From Tubiluchus corallicola (taxonomy: Eukaryota; Animalia; Priapulida), in contig JAQGDQ010000078.1 in assembly GCA_030141605.1 (NCBI GenBank), positions 186,001 through 250,000 of the forward strand: 64,000 nt of DNA, given 5' to 3'. Under the pieces are notes generated by a model. The model saw only the letters and a program-made list of their open reading frames with translations. It searched no databases and had not been told where the DNA came from. Shown piece by piece: positions 10,542 to 22,780 of the stretch. The translations under genes and the position numbers were made by a program. How positions within the stretch are numbered: position 1 is the first letter of the stretch; each line of letters opens with the position of its first letter.

Positions 10542-13118
10542 ACTTATTTGAAATTAAAAATTTCAAAACACTCTAGCAAAATAGACGTCTACTTTAGGCA
10601 ACAGAAATAAAATAATTATTACGCTGTACACTTTTTTCGGTAGTGTTGACAAGGAAAAAACTTATCCAGTTTTGTTTAAAATTTATGCGAGCTACGGCAA
10701 GCTTTCACATTTCATTTCGATAAATGTTTATATAAATTTTCAATCCAATATTAAAATTTTTTTGCCAAGTAAAAAACTCTGATTTGATTATTTGAGGAGG
10801 ATCGACCTGCTTGCCCAGGAAATCTGCAAATTTGTGATGCTGCAGGGTACTGCCATCTGGCAACAAAAAATATAAGTTACTCGTAAACAGCAAAACAGCC
10901 TCAAATATCATGTCTTCTTGAATCCAAACGAATTCATTGACCCATAAACCATGAACAAGAAGCTATTATAACGACCAGCAAACGATTCAACAACACCTTT
11001 ACCATTGTCAGGGTGTAGCCTAATATGTGAAAAACAATTTGCCATAATTATTAATGATAATTTATGCTAATAATAATTATTATAGCTTTTTTGGTATTTA
11101 TGAGTAGGTCTATAATTAGACTGAGATTACCTACTGACAAGTCCGTAGCACGCTCAAAACAATAATCGAGGTTCTTTAAGAATAGGGTGCTATTGAATGT
11201 TGGGGTATTGTCGTATTAGCTGCAACCGAAGCGACCGGTAAAAAATATAATTATAGTCCATTTCATGAAATAAAGACATCAGTAAAAATATTCATAAACA
11301 GAATAATGTGAGCTGTTTGGTAAGAAAACTGTTTATCATTGTTTTTTCCATTCTCTGTTCAATTTATGAATGTTACACCACCCTCAATTTGTCATTCATG
11401 AAACTGTAGAATCTCTATATTATGCTATTCTGTACACATTCTTAGAAATAACATCTTAATTCAAATTCAGTTATTAATTTCACATTATCAATTATACAAG
11501 TGTCATTAAATCCAACAAAAATTCTTCATTGAATAAACCCACATTTCATGAATTTTTTAAACCAAATTTGAGTGAAATAAATGAAAAGGCGGGTTCCTTT
11601 CTGCAAGTTCAATAACACTTCGACCACTCAGCATGTAAACTAGCTATCAACTCAGCGCTGTGGCAAACCACATCTTGTCGCTTTTTAGAAAATAAACTTG
11701 AAGGTTGTTTATCTACTCCATGTAAACTAAGAAGGCAGTTAACATAGAAAGAGTGTGTATTTGATTTAGGTATTCCTATCTTATATGTATGTACATATAT
11801 AAATATATAGTTATAGTAAACAAATACAACTTATGTAAATACGAATACAAACACGTACACACATGTACATATTTTTGCTAAAATTTTAGGGCATAGCAAT
11901 ATATAGACGTATGTCAGTCTCCTCAGGGAGTTTTTGTTGGTTTACTGTCGTTGGTTCAACATGCTAATGGAAGTAGAGACTGTTCAAGCAACCTCGCTAC
12001 GTAATTAATCTGTCTAATGAAATTTTCTTATTTGGTCATATGATCGTATAATTGCAATCTTCATCACATCGCGTAGGTCTACAAATCATCAGTGAGCATT
12101 TTGCCAGATGGTTTGATACCCAGTAGCTTACATAGTAGTTCATAACCAACCCACTATTATAATAAATTTTATTTATTTTTATTAGAAAAATCCACTACAC
12201 TATATTTAGGAAATAAAGAATGATTTAAAATTATGGCAAAACATTATGGCATTATGGTACAACTACGAGTATCTATGCAAACAACAGTCATAGAGAAAAA
12301 ACCATAAGAAATTAAAAATGATCATTAATGATTAATTAAAGAAGCAATATTATTTAAACTACAAAATATTCTGAGGAGCAAACATTAATTTTCTAAATCC
12401 AGTTAGAAATTTTTACAGTTAAGGCAGATTCAACTATATGCCTTTTTGTGATGTTTCTAGGTGAATATAAAATTCTTTATTGGTGTCATAATTTCCATCT
12501 ACATCAAAATTTTGGTCCAAATTTTAATTACGTCATAATTTTCAAAGCAACCAGATTCGTTTGGAGGAATTTCACTATTTTTAGTTGTCTGCCGACTTAT
12601 TAAAATGCACTGAAGGTTGCTTAACACTTGACTTTTCCTTTAATATCCAAAGTACAATGTAACCAGTTTAATTTAAAAATCAACCACGTTGTGCATTTTA
12701 CTGCCGACTACTTTGTGAATCTTTGCATATAATTTTTTATATAAGGAAAGCTCAAAAAGATTCAAGCAAATTAATTTTTTTTAATTTGCCAAATTTCTGG
12801 GCCTGAATGATAATATTAATGTATCATTAATGTAGTTTTTTTGTATGTTATTTAACTTCCATTATCCATAACTAAAAATATAGCTTCGATCTTTAGTAAT
12901 CGCAATAAGATCAGAAATAGCCAAAACGGCTATGTATAGCGTAATTATAGCATGATAAATTTTATTTTACTATCGTTTCCAACGGTTTCGTGTATGCACT
13001 ACACCTATACATTCTCAGTGATGAAGATCTGTTGCTAAGAGAAAGTCCATTGTCTTCAAAGGCCTTTGTGACGTCGGACAATACTAGAATTGTCCAGTAT
13101 GTTAGCTACGGTGTCTTA

Positions 13119-14052
13119 TACCCGTTTACACGATCCAACAAAATCGGACTGTCGGGTGAAGTCGGTTGCATCGTTTACACGATCAGACAATCGTCCGACA
13201 AAATCGGATGGTGTCGGACAGACTTTGTTGGATAATGTGTAAACGGGAAAATTTAACATCCGACTTGTCAATCGACTTGTCGGACGATGTCGGATGAAAG
13301 TTGGGAATTGTTCAACTTTTCATCCGACAGTCTTCCGACTTTTGGGATAGCAGCCAATAGTAACGCTTCTTGTGTTCACGTGACATTTTATAGACTTAAA
13401 TAACGCATAGGAACAGACAACGACCGGCCGTGGTCCACTACGGAAATAGAGATTCTAACAGATTCATATAGAAAAATACATTTTAATTGGACTAGACCTG
13501 TTCATTAATACTGTATTTTTATTTACCCCCTTATTAGTGAAATTGTTAGCAAAATACTTTCTTTCATATGGCTATTCTGGATATGAGGAGAACAATTAAC
13601 TATAATAGTTCAACAAAAGTCTCGGGAGCCATTCTAGGAAAATTTCTATAATTCTATTGATCGTACACATTCAAACCTTAGAGAAGACAATGATATGCTC
13701 TTAGAGCGTTTCTTTTTTATAGCCACTCTCGCACCCACACTTGTCTTTCTATACGTTTCATTTTTTTCCGTGTAACACACACTATTGCTAGAAGAACTGC
13801 TTTTGAAGTCTAGTTTTCTGAGCTGTCTTCATTATACTATTTATCCGTGATACAATTATGAAAATAATCACACACGTGAAAGAAGCGCAGAAATGTTTAA
13901 GTTCCCGCGCAAATGCAAGCTGTGGGACGGGTTTTGCCGACTTTGTAAACCTAACATTGGACATTGTCCGACAAAAGCCCGACTGCATCCAACAACGTCC
14001 GATTTTGTCGGCCAACAAAATCGGATAAAAGTCGGATCGTCTAAACAGGGCA
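13119..14052. mobile_element. PIF/Harbinger-type non-autonomous DNA transposon
   Basis: TIRs tacccgtttacacgatcc and ggatcgtctaaacagggca, flanked by tctTA and TAaga. Dense subterminal tcggac/gtccgac/ccgac motifs at both ends. Internal remnant RPWSTTEIEILTDSYRKIHFNW (~13425-13490) resembles the start of a MADF/Myb domain. Confidence 0.75.
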
Positions 14053-15999
14053 TAAGAAAGTTCCCAGATATTTACATTTCTTCGAAGAATCATCCATGCT
14101 GAACGTTTTTCTTTCTGTGATTATAATCATCATCATCACCATCAATAGATATTCTAAAGCGTGGAGACAATTTAACATTCGGGTCACGAAATTTTTTGCT
14201 CCCGTAAAGTTCCGAAGTTCACATACTTAGGTGGCTGGAATCACTTTGCTAACAGCCTCGTCGGCAACGAAGACCACTCCAATGTTCTACTCGCTTGACT
14301 GGCTTAACGAAACTAGCGTACGATGACAGACCACCAGGATACGTCTAGCGACCTCTTCTTCTAATGAGTCAGGTACCAGGCTTTCAGAATGTATAGAAGT
14401 CTGCTTTTTGTGCCGTTTTGACTGAAAACTCCACCGTCATGGAAGCATACCCATCTTAGGAAAATATCATCTGCCAAATACCAGACGTATGACTTGTGTT
14501 CTGCCTACCCAAGATAATGAATGGTAGTGTGAACAATTCACGTATTTAATTGCAAGTCATCGAGTTGATTATAAAAGTATCCGAAGCAACGTCTTGTCGG
14601 CCAACGCTCCGACAAAGACAAAATCAATTGGCCTTTTAGCTGAACCGGCCATTTAACAACTATATCCGTAATCTCGTGGAGTAATCTGCACCTCTCAAGT
14701 CATACCTGTCATGACCCAGTTAATCATCCAATCACAGCAATATGCTAGGTATGACATCGTGAAGCCAAAATTTGGTCCAAAAGTTAAACTATAACATTTC
14801 TTTGTTGGACTCCCAATAGGTGGAGCCACCAGTTTATACTGTTTACCAAATTCGGTTAATTAGTTATTAATAACAGGTTTAATACAATACATTCAGATAT
14901 GGCTAATAGTTCTTTCAAATGCCAAAAATGTGTTATTACAGTTAAACGGTATTCGTTTTAATCTGCTAAATACGACCGTGACAACAATTCTCCATACGAC
15001 CGTATGGAGAAAAAACAACCAGTTGCAACAGATCAACCAAATTATTTAAAGATAACTCACATCTCTTGTACAAGTGTCCGGTTAAAAAGCACAAAAACTC
15101 TTTTTACATAAAGTTAAAAATTCGCTTTGAAATTTTGAAATCACCTATATGCTGCCTTATTGTGCACAGAACTTGTATTAGCAACAACGCTGTATAAAAC
15201 TTGAAAATTTTAATTCCCGCGAAGACCGTTCTGCGCAGCCGTTTTGACACTAAGTCGTTTGAAATAAGTTTAGATAACATTACATAAAGTTTGAAAAAAT
15301 AATCAGCGTATTCGTAGCGCGCTCTTGGCTAACTAAGCAAAAGCATAAATTATTGTATATTATTAATAAAATTCAATATACGTTTTCTGATGAGCCTGTG
15401 GTGCACCAGTTGACGGGAACACTTTAAATACTAACAATGACTATGAATGCCAGAATGTTCATAAACCATTGCGGTTTATTTTATAACAATTTTCTTTTCT
15501 AATTACATAAGTATTTCAAGCATATTAGCGTAATGCTAAGTAATATAATTTTGTATGGAAAGTTTTTTGACATACTTTAAAATGCCCCTTTTTCCTCTTT
15601 AGCATTCTTCTTGCAAATGATGTCTGCTGAGCAACCAAAAACAGTATTTTAATTACAATTGTTGAATAAGTAACAACTGCTACACTAGTTCAAATTTTAG
15701 ATAAGATTTTAATTATATTGTTTGTACAACATTTCGCAAGTCTGCTCTGTGTCAAGGCAAAAAGCAGATTTAGGCTCCATAAAGAACAAATGGCTCTAGA
15801 TGTAGGCTAATTCTTAGCTTGTTGGTTTGTTATAATCTTAACTAGTGTTTGTGCAATAATATCAATTTATCAGTGCAGTAGTTTTGCAGATGTTTCTTAG
15901 TCTCTGGGGTATCCGTTTAGGAAATTTTGCTGAATGTGAAGGTGAAATTCTTTCAGGCATTATTCGCGGCTGGGCAACGCGTTGGCTTCAGCTCAGGTC

Positions 16000-16009
16000 G
16001 CGCATGCGC
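16000..16009. promoter_or_regulatory. NRF1/EWG-type palindrome in a CpG-rich proximal promoter of the KCTD gene
   Basis: Exact GCGCATGCGC ~200 bp upstream of the ATG, inside a locally CpG-dense patch (15960-16120). Confidence 0.55.
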
Positions 16010-16210
16010 AGCTGTGACAGCACGCTCATTTCACTGGGAATCTGCGCTGCTTGTTAGTCACATTACAGTTAATGTGATTTCGTGATTACGTGCTTGTCAG
16101 AATCTAGCACGCTTGCATCAGGGCAAGATAATTCTACTGAAAACTAAAAATCACTGTACGTTTAGTGACTATTTAAAGACTAAAACACATTCAAAAGTTC
16201 AATTAGAAAT

Positions 16211-17038
16211 ATGACGTCAGAAAATCACGAAGTGAATAACGCTGATGCTGCTAGTTTTCCTCCTATTGTCGAGCTAAACGTGGGCGGTGTATTCTATACC
16301 ACATCTCTCGCTACTTTATGCAAGGATACCGAATCGTTATTGTGTCACATGTTCTCAGGTAAAACGAAAACCCCAATTCGTGACTCCAAAGGAAAATATT
16401 TTTTGGACAGAGACGGTGTTTTGTTCAGATACGTCTTAGATTTTCTCCGTAATCAGAAGCTGGTATTACCTGAGAACTTTCATGAAAAGGACAGATTAAG
16501 AAGCGAGGCTGAACATTTTCATTTGCAGAGCATGGTGGATTGCATTGATGCGGCTGTTGTGGTACACACGAATGCACACATCTCACACGTACCCCGTCCT
16601 CACAGCGCGCCGTTGACGGCAAATAAAGCTTCGCATCACCGTCATGGGGGTTTCATCACAGTCGGGTACAGGGGCACCTTTGCATTCGGGCGAGACGGAA
16701 TGGCGGATGTGAAATTCCGGAAGTTGTCAAGAATTCTAGTAGCTGGGCGGGTGACGCTGTGTAAAGAGGTATTTCACGATACTTTGAATGAGAGTCGAGA
16801 TCCTGATCGTGGCCCGGGACACTCTGAGCGCTACACCAGCCGATTTTTTCTCAAACACAATTTTCTGGAGCAGGCTTTTGACATGTTAGCCGACGCAGGT
16901 TTTACATTGATCACTGGATGTGCAAGTGGCACAAATTCACACGGAGGAATAACAGATATCGGAAAAAACACTTCCGGTCTGGACAGCGAAGAGACGAAGT
17001 GGAATCACTACAATGAATTCATTTTTTATCGACCGTGA
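16211..17038 (+). CDS. KCTD12: BTB/POZ (T1) + H1 domain protein of the KCTD8/12/16 family (KCTD12-like, no H2 domain), intronless, 275 aa
   Basis: T1 motifs IVELNVGG.FYTTSL.TL, YFLDRDGVLFRYVLDFLR and EAEHF. H1 motifs GFITVGYRG, KFRKLSRILV, KEVF.DTLNESRDPDR, ERYTSRFFLKHNFLEQAFDML and W.HY.EFIF.R. The symbol is approximate: an invertebrate gene would be co-orthologous to vertebrate KCTD8/12/16. Confidence 0.95.
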   Translation: MTSENHEVNNADAASFPPIVELNVGGVFYTTSLATLCKDTESLLCHMFSGKTKTPIRDSKGKYFLDRDGVLFRYVLDFLRNQKLVLPENFHEKDRLRSEAEHFHLQSMVDCIDAAVVVHTNAHISHVPRPHSAPLTANKASHHRHGGFITVGYRGTFAFGRDGMADVKFRKLSRILVAGRVTLCKEVFHDTLNESRDPDRGPGHSERYTSRFFLKHNFLEQAFDMLADAGFTLITGCASGTNSHGGITDIGKNTSGLDSEETKWNHYNEFIFYRP

Positions 17039-18397
17039 CTGAAGCAAACAGACTCTACAACGACTTATTGCTCATTATAATTTTATTAACTTTTCTGCTA
17101 ATTGTGTTTCGGTCGAGCTTCTTTCTACCGCAGCTTCAGGTTACCCATTTTTTGGCTATTGCAGTGGTTTCAGGAAAGCCGTTAGAGGAATACGTGTACA
17201 TTTTTTAGAACAGACGTACAACGGATTCATCTGTAACATACATTAATAACGAAATGACTAATAACGTTGTTACTGTGTAGTATAGCAAAATTTGCACATC
17301 CGCACCACAAAGAGGCTCTGTGCTTCACATTGTTGTTTACCGCACTCGACCTATTGCAGTTTTTAGACTTGCCAAGATAGTCGGAAGTAGCAATGGTCTG
17401 CCTATCAGCAATGCCATTGGACACACAGGTCAGCCTGATTGTTAGAATGTTGTTTGAGTGACTTGTGTCATTTGTTCACGGCAAAAACAATTTTTGGCGA
17501 CGAACTTACTGCAATTTTCGCACAAGATACTTGTATTATACTACGTTGTATGTATGGATATGATTACCACAGTATCTATTTGTTTAAATGTGACTAGATT
17601 GTCTACAATTATTATTGTAAGTGCTGTGGGTCTTGCAGTTTAAACACTTTCAAGTAATTGCAAGTGGTCAGTAACCCCCAGTGTATAGTTTCGACAAACA
17701 AATCATATCAATTAAGCACAATATATATCACGTCCGTTTACGTACTGAGTACAGTTGATATTACATAAACCAATTATTGATTACCTTACCTCGTTCATCA
17801 TTAATTTACTCTATTTGTTTTATGACAGAGTGGGATAATCTTGTGTTTTCAAGGTTGTGGGGTATCTGTGAAGCCACTGGCTAGTTTGTTTAGCAGTAGT
17901 TGTACAGTTATTTGATATTGCACAACTAATAATTGTCGCTTGCGCAATTAATCATATTCATTACATGGTTGCTAATCTCAGTAATCTCGGCAACACGCTT
18001 GGGGGAACTTGGAGTGAAAGATAATTGTACTGAAATTGCTCACCACTTCTCAGTTTGCTTGCTTGCGTGCACTGATTACTGTATAGTGGCTTGCATAGAA
18101 TGTGAAAAAATGTGATCTGTTTTTGCACACCAAGATTTACATATACGACTACATATTAAAACATGGTTGTAACGTACTGGAACGTAGCTGATTATAAAAG
18201 ATTATCACTTAAGAGGAGACGCTGAACCAGCAGATCCTCCCTCAATGGTATGAACAGCAGATAAAACATCAAGAAGTGGTTTCCTGGTCATCTATTCATT
18301 TACTGACTTGGGACTGACATCGCCTAACTTTGATCTCTAAACACCCACCGCGATCACTCAGCTATTCCCCACTCTCAAAAGAGATTTATTGGCTTGT

Positions 18398-18403
18398 AAT
18401 AAA
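18398..18403 (+). terminator. Candidate polyadenylation signal of the KCTD gene
   Basis: aataaa ~1.36 kb after the stop, followed by T-rich sequence; an alternative lies at ~18726. Confidence 0.3.
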
Positions 18404-19338
18404 TACTATTGTATATAACTTTCTGCATGTAAAAGCTTATCTTGCAAAACTGCATATCGGTTATAAAATGTATAGTCTATGGGGCCGCTGTTGTTTTTAT
18501 AAGTAAAACTCTTTGAAATTATGATTTCAATAGATTTTAAAACTATTATGTTTTGTTTGATAACTACAATTTTTTCAAGTTGTGTCTTTAAAGTCTTGGT
18601 AGTACTTTTATAAGTATTAGGCCTATATGTTCACTATTGAGTAAAATTTCAATAAGATTATAGCAGCCATTTAAACCCTAACTGCAACTAAGTGGCTAAT
18701 TAGCTACGTGAGCACCTGGGAAATGAATAAATTTTGACGTAAAAAGTAGGGAAACTTCATGTACTAGCATATCGGTTCTGTCGAATGTTTTGTTTTTGTA
18801 ACAAAAATGGAAAATATGTTATGTTATTTATTTGATTTAAACGATTGTTAAGCGAGATGAAAGAATACAGAATAAAGAAAAGTTTGGAAAAACAGCATTC
18901 CTTATATAGTTCGTTAAATATCAGACACTATACCCGTCGTTGGTACATTGCTACAGTGCACTGAAATTCAGTTAATTTAAAGACAGTCGTTCTATACGGC
19001 TGTCAGGAACAATCTGTCTTACTTAATAACGCATTTACTTCGTCTGGCATTAATCTCGCTTTTTATTTCTGATCGTCTTCGAGTTTGACTTGATTGACAA
19101 TTATACAGTTGAAGGTGGTCCGTAATTGCCTTCTCTCTCTCGACTACAGACAGTCGCTCCATCCATTTTCATCTAATTGACTTGATCCATCCCGCGTTAT
19201 ATAGTGGGGCGTTTATTTGACTGGTCCGTATATTTTTAACTTTACACTTTAACTAAGTAAAAATAGGTTTTGTTTGAACTTTTTTCATCAATTCATTCTG
19301 TTTCTTTCATTTGTTTATCATTTAAAATAGTTATTAAG

Positions 19339-19414
19339 TAAATAAGTAAGTAAGATAGTAAAAGTGTGTGACTGAGTGAGTGAGTGAGTGAATAAGTAAG
19401 ACGTACATAAGTAC

Positions 19415-19452
<38 letters not shown>

Positions 19453-19502
19453 CACCACCACTCACTCAGTCACACACTTTTACTATCTTACTTACTTATT
19501 TA
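19339..19502. repeat. Perfect 44-bp inverted repeat enclosing a (TA)n tract
   Basis: 19339-19382 (taaataagtaagtaagatagtaaaagtgtgtgactgagtgagtg) is the exact reverse complement of 19459-19502. Confidence 0.95.
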
Positions 19503-21311
19503 TATAAGTAAATTATTTATATATATATATATATAAGTAACTTTGTTATTTCAGGACATACCCGTATAAATAACTAAAAATGCATATAAACTTATTTTAA
19601 CAAACATGACGATCACAGCATTTCCACTTTTGTAAAGTGTGTATGTAGTACAAATTTGCCATTGAAAACACCTATAAATAGAACAACAACAAAAAGACAC
19701 AATCGTATACCTAAATACACAAAAATTATGTAACATTAAACCAGTTCGTGCAAGGCCGAGTTTTGTACGGCATGGTACCACTTCATCTTAACAGTTCTCT
19801 TTTTATCCCTTATTTTCCTTTATCTTTTTCTCGAGGTTTGAAATACATCCCGTTTCGTGTCTATGCAAACGCTGGGGAATGTAGACTGCACGAAACATCT
19901 GAGCCCATCACTGATGATTATTCAACTCATGTCCGTGTCTGTGCGAACTAAGACTTTGCGCTTATTAACGGTAAAAACAACGACAGAAATTCTGCAAGCG
20001 TAGTCACGTAACAGTTCAATTATCGTTTTGTTCGATCATAAGTCTTTGCTGTTGCTTATTTATCCTAGCTGGTTTATCAGGCATTCAAAGCTCGTATGCT
20101 CTAACACCCGCCAATAAATTGGTGATTTCCAGTAAAGCTTAAAGGCGGCGTTGTTTCTCGCAATTTCTGAATGAAATTTTCGACAGAAAAGTAATTCACC
20201 GCTGCATAATTGGTTGAAGAAACTTGCGAAATTATTTGCAAAAAACTACTTTGCGGTGGGATAAGGCAAGCTAATTCAGCTCTCTTTCTCATGTTTCGAC
20301 TTGATTACATTAACATTGGGCATGATGGATTGCGGCCTGCACAAGCATCATACGAACAATCAACAAAAAAATCGCTGCTGCAACAGATTTCTAATTTGTT
20401 CAGATGCTCGCGTACAGTGTCAGTGCCATGCATCATTTGGCTTCCTAGATTCAAGACTTCGCGTGCCTGCAAACCGCATACTGAGGCAGTTCAGTTCATC
20501 TGTAATTAGAACCTTATCAATCTTAATAGTGAAGCTCGCCGTCGGTGTCTTAAACCACTGATGATTTCAAGTTTAACGCTGATCTCAAGCTACGCTGACA
20601 GGCTAACACTCTATTTTCTGAGGTTTGCCTTTCAAATGCCACAGCTAACGATTGGTCAAGATCAAACGAATAAATGCGCACTTAACGGAGATCGTGAAAA
20701 TTTGTAATTTGCATCTGAATGCGGATGAAGTTTGTCAGTTTCTGCAAGTCTTACCCATCGTGTTGTTCTGCCTGGCACACACGAATTGAACTTCTAAGAA
20801 AGCGGATAAATTCAAAAGCCTGGGCTCCTGCGCTGATATGGTCAGCACGGAAGCTTACAGGTAAGAGCATAGCTCCCAAAAATATAACATTTCTGAAAAA
20901 ATGTTTCAGCAACTTTCTGACAATTAAAAAGGTCTTGCACGTTGCTTACCTTGTTCGTAACCTGGCATGAGCAATCTTTCTGCGGGAAGTTTTATTATTA
21001 ACATCATTTATTTCCCAACACACACAAGTACAAATACATAAGTGGTTCAATTAAAAATAGACAATCAAAGTAGTAGTAAAATAAAATAAATATACAACAC
21101 AAAAACACAGAGTATAAAAATAAACAATGGTTTATACAAACATGAATACAGCAAAATAATTTAAGACAGCACCTACGTACTCTAATTCTTCTTTCAATTG
21201 ACTTTTTTGAAAAAAAATATCTCTTTCCCACGCGATAGTTACAGTCTTTCACTATTCTTAACTGTTCTTAAGATTTACTGTTCTTAACTGTCTTATCTTC
21301 CTATCACTTTG

Positions 21312-21464
<153 letters not shown>

Positions 21465-21636
21465 GAGTATTGATTCCAGAATTTTGGCAAAAGGTACAAA
21501 TTTATTTAATTTGCACACTGAAAAAAGTAAAAGTGCAAGACGACAAGCCAGTCGACAGATAACGAAACAGCGCGGTACATCCAAAAGGTGGAACGTTTTC
21601 AGCGTTTTCGTCTAACTGACCACTATATACCAATAT

Positions 21637-22556
21637 CAAGGACTACTATACAACAGGACGTGCACGCTTAGATCTCTGATTCGGCTAGCGGAGGCGATCA
21701 ATACTTGTATGAAATTAATCTATAAATAGTGCGCTTTAGAGAGTAGTGATCTTGGAAATTAAAGAATGGGTGGATCGGTAGATAGCAAGTATTATTTTTC
21801 ATTTAATTGGTTCTTTACATTACGGGAGAAAAGTACCAATTGTTTATTTTATGTATCAAAGGAAATTAGTGTTCATTTTTACTTCCTAAATAGCGCACTA
21901 CTTTAGGCGTAAGTGTGTTTTACCGGAAGTAGTGCTTTGTCATTGCTAATGTGTCATTGTTCAAAGTCAAGTGAAGCGTTGTTTTCGTGCTTGCGTTTGT
22001 TTCTTTGTGGATTATTTTCACAATTTCTCGTGGATTTTATACATCTGTGCTCAGCAGCATGCCGAACAAGTGTGGTGTTGTGAAATGCAAAGGTAACTAT
22101 GACACGGAGAACAAGTGTCGTGTGTTCAGACTGCCAAGAGATCATGTAGAAAAACAGAAATGGCTAAGTGTTCTTCCCCCACGCGAAGGCTTTGTTGTTG
22201 ATCCAACGAAATTTTTCATTTGCGAAAAGCATTGGCCATCGGATACTCAAATGGTCAAAATTCCAGGTGGTCACACCAGGCCAGTGGATCCACCCAGTAT
22301 TTTCAACGTTCCAGCATCATGCTTGCCCACTCCAAAGCCACCACCTCGCCCTCCAAAAACTGAGGACCAGCAGCTGAATTATTTCTTTAAAAAGGATAAA
22401 ATAACTTCTCTCAATGAATTCACTCCTGAGAAAGACCTGCATAAGACGTATCAGAACCTCATCATATCTCGCACACAAGACAAATTTGTGTGCATGTTCA
22501 TGGAAGAGGACCACAGTCAATGTTATATGTCAATTATTTTATATATATATATATAA
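21637..22556 (+). mobile_element. 5' portion of a P-element-superfamily DNA transposon
   Basis: Begins caaggactacta, similar to remembered CA(A/T)GG.CTACT termini of animal P elements, followed by a leader and a THAP ORF. No right TIR found; the sequence runs into (TA)n. Confidence 0.6.
22059..22556 (+). CDS. THAP zinc-finger N-terminus of a P-element-like transposase, 165 aa, truncated at (TA)n
   Basis: MPNKCGVVKC..VFRLP..KQKWL..FICEKHW..PPSIF shows the C2CH signature with the conserved P, W and F residues and an AVPTIF-like box. No internal stop or frameshift; no catalytic domain follows. Confidence 0.8.
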   Translation: MPNKCGVVKCKGNYDTENKCRVFRLPRDHVEKQKWLSVLPPREGFVVDPTKFFICEKHWPSDTQMVKIPGGHTRPVDPPSIFNVPASCLPTPKPPPRPPKTEDQQLNYFFKKDKITSLNEFTPEKDLHKTYQNLIISRTQDKFVCMFMEEDHSQCYMSIILYIYI

Positions 22557-22574
22557 ACCAATAACACTAGGTAA

Positions 22575-22780
22575 CTAATCAAGCTTAGATATTCAAAATA
22601 ACAATTGTAAAACGTAATAATAATAACAGTTCTAATAATACGCATTAATTATATTAATTAAACCATAGTTACTGTTAAAGCAAATAAATCGGAAATCCTA
22701 AGGCATTAAGTAAAAGAGTATGCACAAATCATGTTAGTTCCTATCGCCGTACTCAGTTTAAACAATAGCTCAAAATAAGA
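22575..22780. repeat. Unclassified dispersed repeat, second copy at ~24920-25065
   Basis: Shared aagctta.a.at.caaaataacaattgtaa.acgtaata..tacgcattaattat..aatcctaag..atagctcaaaat. Confidence 0.7.

Noticed and set aside
14220-14520. RTE reverse-transcriptase remnant (LEEEVARRI on the minus strand)
   Set aside because: A single short motif with no flanking RT motifs recoverable; too weak to call.
21987-22058. Hydrophobic 24-aa N-terminal extension (signal-peptide-like) of the THAP ORF
   Set aside because: It starts at a non-ATG codon, and THAP domains normally begin at the protein N-terminus (MP..C), which matches ATG 22059.
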